DNA of 64,000 nucleotides from NCBI GenBank assembly GCA_963762565.1, contig CAVXLD010000005.1:96001-160000 (forward strand). The letters are read 5' to 3'. The DNA comes from an uncultured Verrucomicrobiae bacterium. Lineage in GTDB: Bacteria; Verrucomicrobiota; Verrucomicrobiia; Chthoniobacterales; JAFAMB01. Position 1 is the stretch's first letter, and each line of letters opens with the position of its first letter. Under the pieces are notes generated by a model, which was given only the letters and a program-made list of their open reading frames with translations, made no database searches and was not told the origin of the DNA. The translations under genes and the position numbers were made by a program. Shown piece by piece: positions 46,223 to 56,244 of the stretch.

Positions 46223-48005
46223 TGTTCTCGCTAAGGTTCAGGGCAGTGGTGATGAGGTTATGTTCGTTGAGGTCTGGACCGCTGAGCTCGCGTATCAATC
46301 GGCCTCCGTAACAGACCAAGACTCGGTCGCACATCCCGATGAGCTCTTCGTAGTCAGTTGAATAGAAGAGAATGCCGAGACCGGTTCCGGCTAGTTCACG
46401 CATCAGACGGTAGAGCTCTTGTTTGGTACCGACGTCGATGCCGCGGGTCGGATCGTTCAGGAGCAGGATCCTGGGTTGTTTCAGCAGCCATTTTCCGATG
46501 ACAACTTTTTGCTGGTTACCGCCGGACAAGGTTCTAACTGGTGCGGACAGGTTATTGGCCAGGATGCGGAGTTTGGCGACGATGTCATTGGTGGCAGCTT
46601 GTTCGCGCGCACGATCGACGAGACCGAACCGGCTCAGGTCCGGGGAAGCCGCCAGCACCAGGTTGTCTTCGATCGACATCGGGAGAAGTAATCCTTGGGT
46701 TTGGCGATCTTGAGGGATCAACGCTAAACCGATGTCGCGGGACTTGGCTTGGCGCGGGTGTTCGATGGTCGTTCGGCGGCCGTCGATGTAGACTTCGCCG
46801 GTCAGACCGCGAAGCACGCCGAATAAGGCCAAGAGAAGTTCGCTTTGGCCTTGGCCGTCTAGGCCTCCGAGGCCGACGATTTCGCCGGGGGCAAGTTTCA
46901 GGGAGATGCCGTTGAGGACGTGGTACCAGGTCAGGTCTTTTATTTCCAGGAGAGGTGGCCTTTGCGTGTCGGCGGGTGGGCGTTTGGGCGTGTCGGCGTG
47001 GCCCGACTTCGCCTCGTCGTTTAGACTCCGAGAGGCTACGTCGGGTCTGGCGAGAGTGGGCCTTTCGTTTTTCTTGGGGTAGGCTCGGGCGACTTCGCGG
47101 CCGATCATCATCGGGACGATTTCTTCGGTTGTCCGGCTGGACATGGGGAACGTCTCGATATGTTTGCCGTTTCGGAAGACGGAACAGATGTCGGCCAGAG
47201 CGGAGATCTCCGGCATTCGATGGGAGATATAGAGGACGGCGACACCTTGTTCGCGTAAGCCGCGAACGATCCGGTAGAGGTGTTCTACGTCTCTCGCGGT
47301 CAGGGCTGAGGTCGCTTCATCCATGATGATGAGGCGCGGGCTGCGGATCAGCGCTTTCGCGATCTCGACCATTTGTTGGCGGGAGAGTGGTAAATCTTTG
47401 ACTCGTTCATCCGGATGAATGTCGCCGCAGCCGACTCGTTGTAAGACTTGTTCGGCGATCCGGCGCTGGCGGCGGTGATCGATTAGCCCGAAACGTTTCG
47501 GCGGGTCAGCGATCGAGATGTTATCGGCGACGGAAAGATCGGGTAAAAGCGACAACTCCTGGAAGATGCAGACGATCCCGAGCGCTGCTGCATCGGCCGG
47601 TGATGCGAATTTTATTGGTTTATCTTCTACGTAAATCTCGCCTTCGTCCGGACGGGTAACGCCGGCGATCAGCTTCATTAATGAGCTTTTACCGGCGCCG
47701 TTCTCACCGACCACGGCATGGATGGTGCCGAGCGAACAAGCGAAATCGACGTTCGCGAGCGCGGTCACGCCGCCGTAACGCTTGGTGATGGCGTGTAAGC
47801 GTAGGAATGGGTTCGGTGTTGAGATAGCGGGCGGGAATGATGGCGATTCGCTGGGACGGCCGTGAGAGGTGAGAAGTGAGAGGTGACGATGCGACGAGGG
47901 ATGGACTTTGGAGTGGTGCGGGTGGTTGGTGTTGGTGCGAATAGGACCTATAGGACCAATGAGACCTATATGGCGCGAGACCGACCCTACACCGGCCAGT
48001 CCCAA
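45834..48005 (-). CDS. sugar ABC transporter ATP-binding protein (two ABC domains) with repeat-derived termini and linker
   Basis: GENGAGKS; IMDEATSAL; LSGGNQQK; LNDPTRGIDVG. Confidence 0.9.
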   Translation of the reverse strand: MGLAGVGSVSRHIGLIGPIGPIRTNTNHPHHSKVHPSSHRHLSLLTSHGRPSESPSFPPAISTPNPFLRLHAITKRYGGVTALANVDFACSLGTIHAVVGENGAGKSSLMKLIAGVTRPDEGEIYVEDKPIKFASPADAAALGIVCIFQELSLLPDLSVADNISIADPPKRFGLIDHRRQRRIAEQVLQRVGCGDIHPDERVKDLPLSRQQMVEIAKALIRSPRLIIMDEATSALTARDVEHLYRIVRGLREQGVAVLYISHRMPEISALADICSVFRNGKHIETFPMSSRTTEEIVPMMIGREVARAYPKKNERPTLARPDVASRSLNDEAKSGHADTPKRPPADTQRPPLLEIKDLTWYHVLNGISLKLAPGEIVGLGGLDGQGQSELLLALFGVLRGLTGEVYIDGRRTTIEHPRQAKSRDIGLALIPQDRQTQGLLLPMSIEDNLVLAASPDLSRFGLVDRAREQAATNDIVAKLRILANNLSAPVRTLSGGNQQKVVIGKWLLKQPRILLLNDPTRGIDVGTKQELYRLMRELAGTGLGILFYSTDYEELIGMCDRVLVCYGGRLIRELSGPDLNEHNLITTALNLSENNDHEGSPPVERASLARPEGSPPVERASLARPEGSPPVERASLARPTRSEPPTAPAHTTETAPPTTSAAESFPPIRSLSRRSWRRRPFVVPVLETERRPAAQFLCVRRDVHPVRFPTGKRPIHQCLNFGL
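46089..46214. repeat. 3 x 42-bp perfect tandem repeat containing the GTGG REP
   Basis: (cggcctcgcaagcgaggcgcgctccacgggtggcgacccctc)3. Confidence 0.95.
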
Positions 48006-48047
48006 GGCCTACCTCTCACTTCTCACCAATCACCTCTCACCTCTCAC
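47862..48047. repeat. cassette bounded by inverted (GTGAGAG)n / (CTCTCAC)n arrays over the ATPase 5' end
   Basis: 47862-47886 versus 48011-48047; inner ataggacct 9-mers. Confidence 0.82.
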
Positions 48048-48076
48048 GTAAGGACGTGCTGTAAGCTCGTCCTTAC
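48048..48076 (-). terminator. stem-loop after the substrate-binding protein gene (terminator or mRNA-stabilising hairpin)
   Basis: gtaaggacg-t-gct-gta-agc-t-cgtccttac; no clear U-tract. Confidence 0.45.
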
Positions 48077-48080
48077 CGAG

Positions 48081-49181
48081 TTAGTTCGTCTTAGCGGCAT
48101 TCATTAGCTTGCCGGCGTCGAGCGTGATGTTGCACTGCGGGAAACCGCTCGCGACGAAGAAGTCGTCCGAGAGATCAGGAAAATAATCTACTCCGGCTTT
48201 CATCGTGTCGTACTCACACTGCGGGATTGGGGCGGAGATATATTGAGGGAGACTATTTCCTTGGAGTGCGGCGAGGCCGGCCTTCAGCGACAAGGCAACC
48301 AAGGCCGGGGATTGGCCGTAGGACCAGCCTTTCAAGCCTTCGTTGGCGTGTTCTGCGATCAGTTTTCGGAAACCGTTCTCTGCTTCACCGGCGACAGGGA
48401 TGAACGGGTTCTTGCCATCGATTAAGGCTCGGACAGCGCCGGTGGTGCCGCCTTGACAGGTCATCCCATCGAATTTGCCGTGAACCGCGATGGCATCCGC
48501 AACTGCTTTTTGGGCGGTGCCGTCATCCCAGTTCCCGACCACTTCGGTGACCTTAATATCAGGATATTTGTCGAAGATTTCGTGCTGCCCTTTGTGGCGG
48601 TCGAGATCGACTGAGTTACCGGCGAGACCGCGCACCTCGATCACGTTACCTTTTGTTCCCATCTGTTTAACGATCCAATTACCCATGAGGCGGCCGGCCT
48701 CGAGCTGATCTTCGTTAACGGCAACAATCTGGTCGCTATCGATGATGTTATCGAAGGAGATGAGGATGACGCCGGCCCGTTTAGCGCGTTCGATCACCGG
48801 TTTGAATGCGGTCGGGCTGACGGCATTAATAATGACCAGGTCATACCCGGCGTTGATAAAGTTATCAACGGCTCCGATCTGAGCTGCGACGTCGGTTCCG
48901 GTGCTGACGATTTTGAGTTCTTTGATCAAGGGTTTGATCTGGGGATCTTCGGCGTATTGCTGGAGACACTTGATCATTTCAATTCGCCAGGTGTTACCGA
49001 TGTAACCATTGGCTAGGGCAACCCGGTACGGCGGTTTTTTGGCTTTGAACTGCAGGGTTTTTGTCTCAGGGGAAAACGGCTTAAAACAATCGGCGGAGGT
49101 AGTGTCCGCAGCCTGGATGGTCGGAGCCAGAACGAATGCGCTGATCACAGCAGTCGCGAATATGCGCTTAATCATAATCAT
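48081..49181 (-). CDS. sugar ABC transporter substrate-binding protein
   Basis: Signal peptide; ANGYIGNTWR; periplasmic binding type I pattern (EVRGLAGNSVD..RHKG). Confidence 0.9.
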   Translation of the reverse strand: MIMIKRIFATAVISAFVLAPTIQAADTTSADCFKPFSPETKTLQFKAKKPPYRVALANGYIGNTWRIEMIKCLQQYAEDPQIKPLIKELKIVSTGTDVAAQIGAVDNFINAGYDLVIINAVSPTAFKPVIERAKRAGVILISFDNIIDSDQIVAVNEDQLEAGRLMGNWIVKQMGTKGNVIEVRGLAGNSVDLDRHKGQHEIFDKYPDIKVTEVVGNWDDGTAQKAVADAIAVHGKFDGMTCQGGTTGAVRALIDGKNPFIPVAGEAENGFRKLIAEHANEGLKGWSYGQSPALVALSLKAGLAALQGNSLPQYISAPIPQCEYDTMKAGVDYFPDLSDDFFVASGFPQCNITLDAGKLMNAAKTN

Positions 49182-49488
49182 TTGAATTGATGGGGTGGAA
49201 GCAACCAAGCGGTGGGGGGAACCGCTTTTCGCGAAAGAATGATAGGCCGCGGCGGAGAAATGACAAATGACAGATTGGGGCGAGTCGTGGGCGAGGGCGC
49301 CGATAGTGGACGGAGTGGACCTAGTCGACTTAGTCGACCGAGTTGATGGGGCTTGTTGTGGCATCGCGCTGACGAGGGGGGCCTTCTTGTACTCCTCGTA
49401 CTCCCCGACTCCGCAAGGCCTACGTCGCGGCAGGCCTTGAACTCCCGCCCGCAACGCTTCGCGGAGCGATGCGGGCGCGGCCTACTAC

Positions 49489-50856
49489 CTAGCCGGTGAG
49501 GATTTTGCCAGGGTTCATGATGTTCTGGGGGTCGATGGCCTGTTTGATGGCGCGCATGACGGAGAGGGCTTCGCCGTGTTCGGCGACTAAGGAATTGATT
49601 TTGCCGAGGCCCACGCCGTGTTCGCCGGTGCAAGTGCCGTCTAAAGATAGGGCGCGGTCGATGAGTCGTTGGTTAAGGCGATTGGCTTCGGCCAGTTGTT
49701 TGGGGTCGTTCGGGTTCAGCACCATGGCGACGTGGAAATTGCCGTCACCGACGTGGCCAATGATTGGGGTAAGGATTGAGGATGAGGCCATATCTTGCTC
49801 GGTTGAAACGATGCATTCAGCTAGACGGGAGATCGGGACGCAAACGTCGGTGGGGAAAAGTTGGCCGTCTGAGCGTAAAGCTCGAGCCGCATAAGCGGCA
49901 TCATGGCGTGCTTGCCAGAGTCTGAGGCGTTCCTCGGCGTTACTCGACCAGGCAAAAGATCCGCCGCCTTGTTCGGCTGCTATTTTCTGGACGGATTCAG
50001 CTTGTTCCGCTGCGCTGGCTGTTGTGCCATGAAACTCGAGCCAAAGGGTTGGCGCGACCGGTAGATCCAGCTTTGAATAGCGGTTGATTGCCTCGATTTG
50101 AGTTGCGTTCGCCAGTTCGATCCGGGCAACGGGGATCCCGGCTTGGATGGTTTTGATCACGGTATTGACCGCGGCTTCGATGCTGGGGAATGAACAGACG
50201 GCAGCTGAAATGGCAGCAGGGCGGGCGAATAGCCGGACGGTGATTTCGGTGATGACACCGAGCGTGCCTTCTGAGCCGACAAAAAGATGGGTCAGATCGT
50301 ACCCGGCCGCGGATTTGCGCGCTCTATGTCCGGTACGAATGATTTTTCCGTCGGGTAGAACTACCTTCAGTGAAAGCACATTGTCGCGGATGGTGCCGTA
50401 CCGGACGGAGTTGGTGCCGGAGGCACGGGTTGCCGTCATCCCGCCGATGGTGGCATTGGCGCCGGGATCAACTGAAAAGAAGAGGTTTTTATCGTGGAGC
50501 GATACATTGAGTTCTCGGTGAGTTACGGCAGCTTCGACCGTGGCATCGAGGTCGTCGGGGTTGATCTCCAGGACCCGGTTCATTCGGGATAGATCGATGG
50601 AGAGGCCACCGTGTATGGCCGAGATGTGGCCTTCCAGGCTGGTCCCGGCGCCGAAGGGGATCATCGGGACTTTGTATTCGGCACAGATTTTAACGATTGC
50701 GCTTACTTCTTCGGTGGTGTCCGGAAAAGCGACGGCATCCGGCGGCATCGCCGGGTGATAAGATTCATCTTTACCGTGCCGGTGGAGAATGGAGGGGTCG
50801 GTGGAGAGGTGGTCGTTTAGGAGGCGGCCCAGGGCGGAGAAAGCGGAGGAGTTCAA
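49489..50856 (-). CDS. FAD-linked oxidase, D-lactate dehydrogenase (cytochrome)/GlcD family
   Basis: PFGAGTSLEGH; GSEGTLG; GHVGDGNFH; GEHGVG; IDP.NIMNPGK. Confidence 0.92.
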   Translation of the reverse strand: MNSSAFSALGRLLNDHLSTDPSILHRHGKDESYHPAMPPDAVAFPDTTEEVSAIVKICAEYKVPMIPFGAGTSLEGHISAIHGGLSIDLSRMNRVLEINPDDLDATVEAAVTHRELNVSLHDKNLFFSVDPGANATIGGMTATRASGTNSVRYGTIRDNVLSLKVVLPDGKIIRTGHRARKSAAGYDLTHLFVGSEGTLGVITEITVRLFARPAAISAAVCSFPSIEAAVNTVIKTIQAGIPVARIELANATQIEAINRYSKLDLPVAPTLWLEFHGTTASAAEQAESVQKIAAEQGGGSFAWSSNAEERLRLWQARHDAAYAARALRSDGQLFPTDVCVPISRLAECIVSTEQDMASSSILTPIIGHVGDGNFHVAMVLNPNDPKQLAEANRLNQRLIDRALSLDGTCTGEHGVGLGKINSLVAEHGEALSVMRAIKQAIDPQNIMNPGKILTG

Positions 50857-51032
50857 GGGGGGCGGGGAATGTGAGTGGTGAGAGGTGGCGCAAGCAGTAA
50901 GCAGCAGTCAGTGATTGGTGATTGGTGATTGGTGCTGCCGGCAGGCACATTTGCTGTCGGCTATTTGCTATTCTGGCTTGGCTATTGGCTATCGGCTATT
51001 GGTCATTCGCGCTGCGCTGTAAGCGCAGCGCG

Positions 51033-52133
51033 CTATGGGTGTCCTAGGAATGAGCCGAGGCGTTTTAGGGGGTCGATTCGGTCGCAGAAGATTTTGAAGG
51101 TGGCAAGGATAGGGACGGCGAGGAGGGTGCCGGCTACGCCCCAGAGGTAAGACCAGACGAGGAATGAAAGGATGATGGCAATTGGGTTCAAGACTAGCCA
51201 GCGACCGAGAAAGAACGGGGTGGCCAGGTTACCCTCGATGGCGGCGCATAGAAGATAGGCGAGGGGTGGGAGGAAGGCGTACCAGACGGAGTCAAAGTGA
51301 ATCAGGGAAACCAGGGTCATGGCGATGATACCACCTGTAGCGCCAACGAACGGAACGTAGTGGAGCAAAAAGGCAGCAACGCCCCAGAGGATCGGGTGCG
51401 GTAATCCTAATAAGCCGACGGAGATCCAAACGCTCACTCCGAGTCCCACATTGATTAAAGTAACCGAGGTAAAGTAACGCGCTGCTGTCTGTTCAATCTC
51501 GGCCGCGATCTCAACGACGTTTTGTTTTTCGGATACGCCGGGGATCATATCGACCAATTTCTTGAGCAGCCGCGCTCCGTAAAGGAGCAGGAAGAAAGCG
51601 AGAACATGAACAACAATCAGTACCGCCAGGAAGGTTGGGGCGTTGCTCAGCGCGATTTCTATGATGCTGGGTCCACGGATACTGATCTCGTGTCCGCTGC
51701 CTGGGTTTAACCAATTGCTGAGGCGATCAATTGAGACGGACTCTTTTTGGACGGAATCGATGATCGGCGCCAGGCGCTCTTGGATATGATCGAGGTACTG
51801 AGGGAAATCAGGTTGGAATTGGGCCAACGAGAACCAGAGTGCGCCAAACAAACAGAGCAAGATGGTGAGGAAACCGAGGGTGCCGACGAGCGGCGCCCAA
51901 AACTCTGATAAACCAATTTTCCTCAGCCCGCGCGTCACGGGAGTCAGCAGAAATCCGAGAAACCCTGCAAGTACGATAGGGAGGAATAGGTCGACTGCGA
52001 CCTTGAGGGTGTAAAAGCAGGCAAAGACGAACAAGCCGACCACAGCAAAAGAGAACCAAGGTTTGATGAGCCGGCCGATCGCGATCGGGTACGAAGCGGG
52101 AGGGCTGTCGTTTTCGTTGGGGGGCTGATCCAT
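51033..52133 (-). CDS. AI-2E family transporter
   Basis: LHYVPFVG; IEGNLATP; WGVAGTLLAVP. Confidence 0.9.
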   Translation of the reverse strand: MDQPPNENDSPPASYPIAIGRLIKPWFSFAVVGLFVFACFYTLKVAVDLFLPIVLAGFLGFLLTPVTRGLRKIGLSEFWAPLVGTLGFLTILLCLFGALWFSLAQFQPDFPQYLDHIQERLAPIIDSVQKESVSIDRLSNWLNPGSGHEISIRGPSIIEIALSNAPTFLAVLIVVHVLAFFLLLYGARLLKKLVDMIPGVSEKQNVVEIAAEIEQTAARYFTSVTLINVGLGVSVWISVGLLGLPHPILWGVAAFLLHYVPFVGATGGIIAMTLVSLIHFDSVWYAFLPPLAYLLCAAIEGNLATPFFLGRWLVLNPIAIILSFLVWSYLWGVAGTLLAVPILATFKIFCDRIDPLKRLGSFLGHP

Positions 52134-52549
52134 TCTGGGGATCCTTTAATAGCCGCAAAAGAGCACAAAGAACGCAAAAAAAAGAGCGAAAATCTCACGC
52201 AAAGCCGCAAAGGTTAAGACGTAAGCCGGAATAGCCGCAAAAAGGCGCAAAAAAAAGGAGTTCGGGGGTGCCCAGTAACTCCTGCCTTTGTGGCCTTTGT
52301 GATCTTACTGTGAAAGTCATTCTGTCTTACGTCTTAATCTTTGCGTCTTTGCGTGAGATTTTTCTTAGTGTGGCGGCTTTCTCGGCCTCGTCCCGTGGTT
52401 GCGGGAAGGCAGCGGTCCAGGGTGGAGCGAAGCGCTTGCGCGCAGGCGATAACACCGTCATTTTAGGGGGATTGTTGAACAATCGTGTTGCATTCTGTGC
52501 CGGCTCGGAGTTGCCGGTGAATTTTTCTCATGGAGGTGCACACGCCTAG

Positions 52550-55339
52550 ATGGCTGAACCGATTGAATTCGAGCATTATCGGCTTCTGCAAAATGAAGAC
52601 GGCTCCCTCGTCGAACTCGGACGAGGCGCCATGGGTATCACCTACAAAGCATTCGATAAGAATCTGCGGTGTGACGTGGCTCTCAAGGTTATCTCGGATC
52701 GATTATTAGAGGATTCGACTGCGTCCGGCCGTTTTCTGAGGGAGGCACGAAGCGCGGCCAAGCTTCGGCATCGGAACGTGGCTTCGATATTTCACCTTGG
52801 TCAACATGGCTCGAGCTATTTCTACGCCATGGAATTCATCAACGGCGAAACGGTCTCAGAGAGGGTGAAACGGGAGGGGCCGCTTCCCTGTCTTTTTGCC
52901 CTGGAAATCGCACAGCAAGTGGCTTCCGCGTTAATCGCGGCGGAAGCCCAACACCTGGTTCATCGCGATATTAAGCCATCCAACCTGATGCTGGTCATGG
53001 AAGGTGACGGCGAAACTATTGTTAAAGTTATTGATTTTGGACTAGCCAAATCGATCCTGATCCAATCCAGCGCGGGGCTTACCTCGGCCGGGTTTGTCGG
53101 TACTCCCTACTTCGCGAGTCCAGAACAACTCGACCGGCAGGCTGAAGATATCCGATCGGATATTTACTCCTTGGGGGTGACGTTGTGGTTCATGCTAACC
53201 GGTAAACCGACGTTCGTGGGATCGATTGCCAGTGTGATCGCGCAGCATTTCGATCGCTCGCCGCCATTCGATGACTTGGCCATCCTGCCGCGCGAAGTCG
53301 TAACCGTGTTGCGACAAATGTTAGAGAAAGATCGAGAAAGCCGCGTCCAGACGCCAGTCGTGTTACGGGCGGAGTTGAAGGCTTGCATTGAAAAGCTTCA
53401 AAGACGCCAAGCACCGGAAGAATCATCCATCTCAGGGGATGTTAATTTTGAGACAATCGCAATAAGCGCCACTCCGCGGCCTGATTCCTTGCCGGCACCT
53501 GGTGAAATGGTTAAGGGACGTTACCGGCTGATCGAAGATCTGGACCCCGCGAATCCGCGACACACTTTTTACGGTGAAGACCAGAACACTGGGACCCGAG
53601 TCGGTCTACGGGTCTTTCGGGCGCCGGAACCGATTTTAAGTCAGCTTCAGGAGGAAGCGAAACGAATCCAGGCGGTCGCTCATCGCAATTTCCTAAAGGT
53701 GTTTACGGTTGAACAAGAGGGATCCTACTGTTTGGCTGTATACGAGTGGCTGGAGGGATTCGCCTTGTCCGATCTGCTGCGGGTGCGTCGAACGCTGACA
53801 TTGAGGGAGGTTTGCTTATTGCTCGGGCAGATCGCGCCGGCTGTGGATGCGGCGCTGGCTGCGGATCTCAGGCTCGAAGTGGGCCTCCGCCAGATCGTGG
53901 TTCATTTCCCGGACGGATTCGGTGAGCCATCAGAAGATATCGTCCTCCGGTGTCCGCTGGATGAATGGCCAGCGTTTGTCGTCAAGATGGACGCATTGGC
54001 GGGTGCCCATGAGCCGGGTGATACGGCGACAGGCGGCGAACCGGGAATCGGCGGAGCTTCACGGAATGAACAGGGTGTCATCCGGGTTGGTCTGCTGGTT
54101 TACGAGATTCTGGGCGGTAAACCGGGTGGGTTTACACCGCTTGCGAATGCGTCCGAGGATGAAAACCGGGTGCTGCGCCGGTGTTTAACACCAGGACAAA
54201 GCTTTGGGACGGCGATCGAATTTTACCAGGCATTGACGGCTCTCCCGGTTGAGCGGCCTGCGCTTCAAGCGGTACGAACCTCAAGTCCCGGCGCTGTTCC
54301 TGAGCAAGATCCCGCTGCTCAGACCTTAGCGGGAGGAACCGTTGGTAAAGGGCCTGCGAATGTTGGAACCGCGTCCGGCACTGCAGCCCGTAAACGAGCA
54401 TCCCACCCATGGATCTATCTTCTTTTAGCGGTGATCGGATGTGCCGGTTTAGGTTGGTGGCTCGTCTCCACGTCGCTAAAGCCGCCAGTTCAGCCTGCAA
54501 TCATCAAAGCGAAACCTACGGCGAAATCAGTTCCCGTGAGTCGAGCGCCACTGGTCGCCGGACAGCCGTGGTCGAACAGTCTCGATATGAAGTTCGTACC
54601 GATGGGCTTGATTCACTTTGCGGTTTGGCAAACGCGGGTGCACGATTTTGCCGCCTTTGTCGGAGCAACCGGCTATGACGCCACGGGAGGGATGTCATCC
54701 GTAGTGACACAGAACGGTTTCAAGCTGAATTCGCTCACTTGGAAGGAACCGGGATTTGTGCAGACGCCGGATGATCCTGTCGTCGGTATCAGCTGGGAAG
54801 ATGCTGGACAATTTTGTGATTGGTTAACTCGAAAGGAACGGGCAGAAGGGATCTTGTCCGCGTTTCAGCGATATCGTTTACCGACCGATGCTGAGTGGAG
54901 CTTAGCGGTCGGGTTAACGCGGGAAACCGGAGGTACTCCGGAGGAACGAAGCGGAGGCGTTAAGAACGTTTACCCTTGGGGAAATCGATTTCCTCCGGCA
55001 AACGATGTCAGTAACTATGCAGGCAGCGAATCGCGAACGGGCGCGCCGCAGGATTGGGCGGTTATAGCCGGCTATCATGATGCTTACCCTCGTACGGGTC
55101 CGGTAACTGCATTCGCGCCTAACCAGGAAGGAGTTTCTAGTTTGGGCGGTAACGTATGGGAATGGTGCGAAGACAAGTACAAAGCCGGTCTGAATTGGCG
55201 AACCTTGCGAGGGGGTTCGTGGGCGACGTCGCGGGCCGAGGAAACGCTCTCGTCTTATCGCAGGGGTTACGATCCTTATTTTCGCAGTGACGATGTCGGT
55301 TTTCGATGTGTTATCGCCTCCGACGGAGAACATGAATGA
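52550..55339 (+). CDS. Ser/Thr protein kinase + degenerate kinase-like domain + TM + FGE-sulfatase (SUMF1) domain
   Basis: LGRGAMG, VALK, HRDIKPSN, DFG, GTPYFASPE; second kinase-like segment without catalytic motifs; RLPTDAEW, GNVWEWC, RGGSW, VGFRC. Confidence 0.9.
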   Translation: MAEPIEFEHYRLLQNEDGSLVELGRGAMGITYKAFDKNLRCDVALKVISDRLLEDSTASGRFLREARSAAKLRHRNVASIFHLGQHGSSYFYAMEFINGETVSERVKREGPLPCLFALEIAQQVASALIAAEAQHLVHRDIKPSNLMLVMEGDGETIVKVIDFGLAKSILIQSSAGLTSAGFVGTPYFASPEQLDRQAEDIRSDIYSLGVTLWFMLTGKPTFVGSIASVIAQHFDRSPPFDDLAILPREVVTVLRQMLEKDRESRVQTPVVLRAELKACIEKLQRRQAPEESSISGDVNFETIAISATPRPDSLPAPGEMVKGRYRLIEDLDPANPRHTFYGEDQNTGTRVGLRVFRAPEPILSQLQEEAKRIQAVAHRNFLKVFTVEQEGSYCLAVYEWLEGFALSDLLRVRRTLTLREVCLLLGQIAPAVDAALAADLRLEVGLRQIVVHFPDGFGEPSEDIVLRCPLDEWPAFVVKMDALAGAHEPGDTATGGEPGIGGASRNEQGVIRVGLLVYEILGGKPGGFTPLANASEDENRVLRRCLTPGQSFGTAIEFYQALTALPVERPALQAVRTSSPGAVPEQDPAAQTLAGGTVGKGPANVGTASGTAARKRASHPWIYLLLAVIGCAGLGWWLVSTSLKPPVQPAIIKAKPTAKSVPVSRAPLVAGQPWSNSLDMKFVPMGLIHFAVWQTRVHDFAAFVGATGYDATGGMSSVVTQNGFKLNSLTWKEPGFVQTPDDPVVGISWEDAGQFCDWLTRKERAEGILSAFQRYRLPTDAEWSLAVGLTRETGGTPEERSGGVKNVYPWGNRFPPANDVSNYAGSESRTGAPQDWAVIAGYHDAYPRTGPVTAFAPNQEGVSSLGGNVWEWCEDKYKAGLNWRTLRGGSWATSRAEETLSSYRRGYDPYFRSDDVGFRCVIASDGEHE

Positions 55340-56244
55340 AATTGCTTAAGTTTAACCTCGTCTTCATCCCGGTCCTGCTCATCTGTTTCGGTGCGATCGG
55401 TTACGTTACTGAACAAGCATTGGTCGAATCCGCGCGCCAGCACGTGGAGCAGAATGCCCGTATTATAATGGAGGCAGCTCTTTCCAGCCGGACGTACACC
55501 ACCAAACAGGTTGCTCCGCTGCTTCAGCAAAAGAATTTTAAACTGCAGACGGCGGTGGCGGAACTTCGCAAGACGATCGAAGACGTACCGAAATCAGTCG
55601 ATCAAAATGTTCCAAACGATCTTCGAGCCAGCGTCAAGCGCGGGTTCCAGCTTGGACAACAACATGCCCTGAGCGCGTTAGAAGATTTCTTGAATTCAAT
55701 TAAAGGTAAGTCTGACGAACTGTTGGATACCGAGTTCCACCCGCAATCCGTGCCGGCGTTCGCGGCGACGGAAATCTTTGGGTATCTCCGAGAGAAATTT
55801 CCCAACTACTTTTATAAAGAAGCAACGCTTAACCCGACTAATCCGCGAGATCGGGCGACAGATTGGGAGACGGATATCGTCAATCAATTTCGCGGGGACA
55901 CGGAACACAGCGAGATGTCTGCTACTCGCGATACACCTAATGGGATATCGCTGTTCTTAGCTCGTCCGATCAAAGTCAACAATGTTAGTTGTCTGGAGTG
56001 CCATACCACCGCGGAAAAGGCACCTGTGGAAATGATAAAGCTCTATGGCACGGCCAATGGATTTGGTTGGAAACTTGACGATATAATCGGAGCCCAGATT
56101 GTTTCGGTGCCGTTAGCGGTTCCGTTGCAGATAGCACAAGGGGCTTTTCTCAATTTGTTATGGTGGTTTGTCGGCGCGTTTCTAATGATTTTAATCGTGG
56201 CTAATGTAATGGTCTTTGTGCTCGCGAGGGCGAAGCGCGGATAG
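55336..56244 (+). CDS. DUF3365/Tll0287-like heme-c sensor-domain membrane protein
   Basis: SVPAFAATE, YKEATLNPTNPRDRA, LARPI, CLECH, GAQIVSVP; TM at both ends. Confidence 0.85.
   Translation: MKLLKFNLVFIPVLLICFGAIGYVTEQALVESARQHVEQNARIIMEAALSSRTYTTKQVAPLLQQKNFKLQTAVAELRKTIEDVPKSVDQNVPNDLRASVKRGFQLGQQHALSALEDFLNSIKGKSDELLDTEFHPQSVPAFAATEIFGYLREKFPNYFYKEATLNPTNPRDRATDWETDIVNQFRGDTEHSEMSATRDTPNGISLFLARPIKVNNVSCLECHTTAEKAPVEMIKLYGTANGFGWKLDDIIGAQIVSVPLAVPLQIAQGAFLNLLWWFVGAFLMILIVANVMVFVLARAKRG

Noticed and set aside
55140..55339. FGE/C-type-lectin-fold C-terminus as a diversity-generating retroelement target
   Set aside because: No template repeat, reverse transcriptase or avd gene seen in the window.
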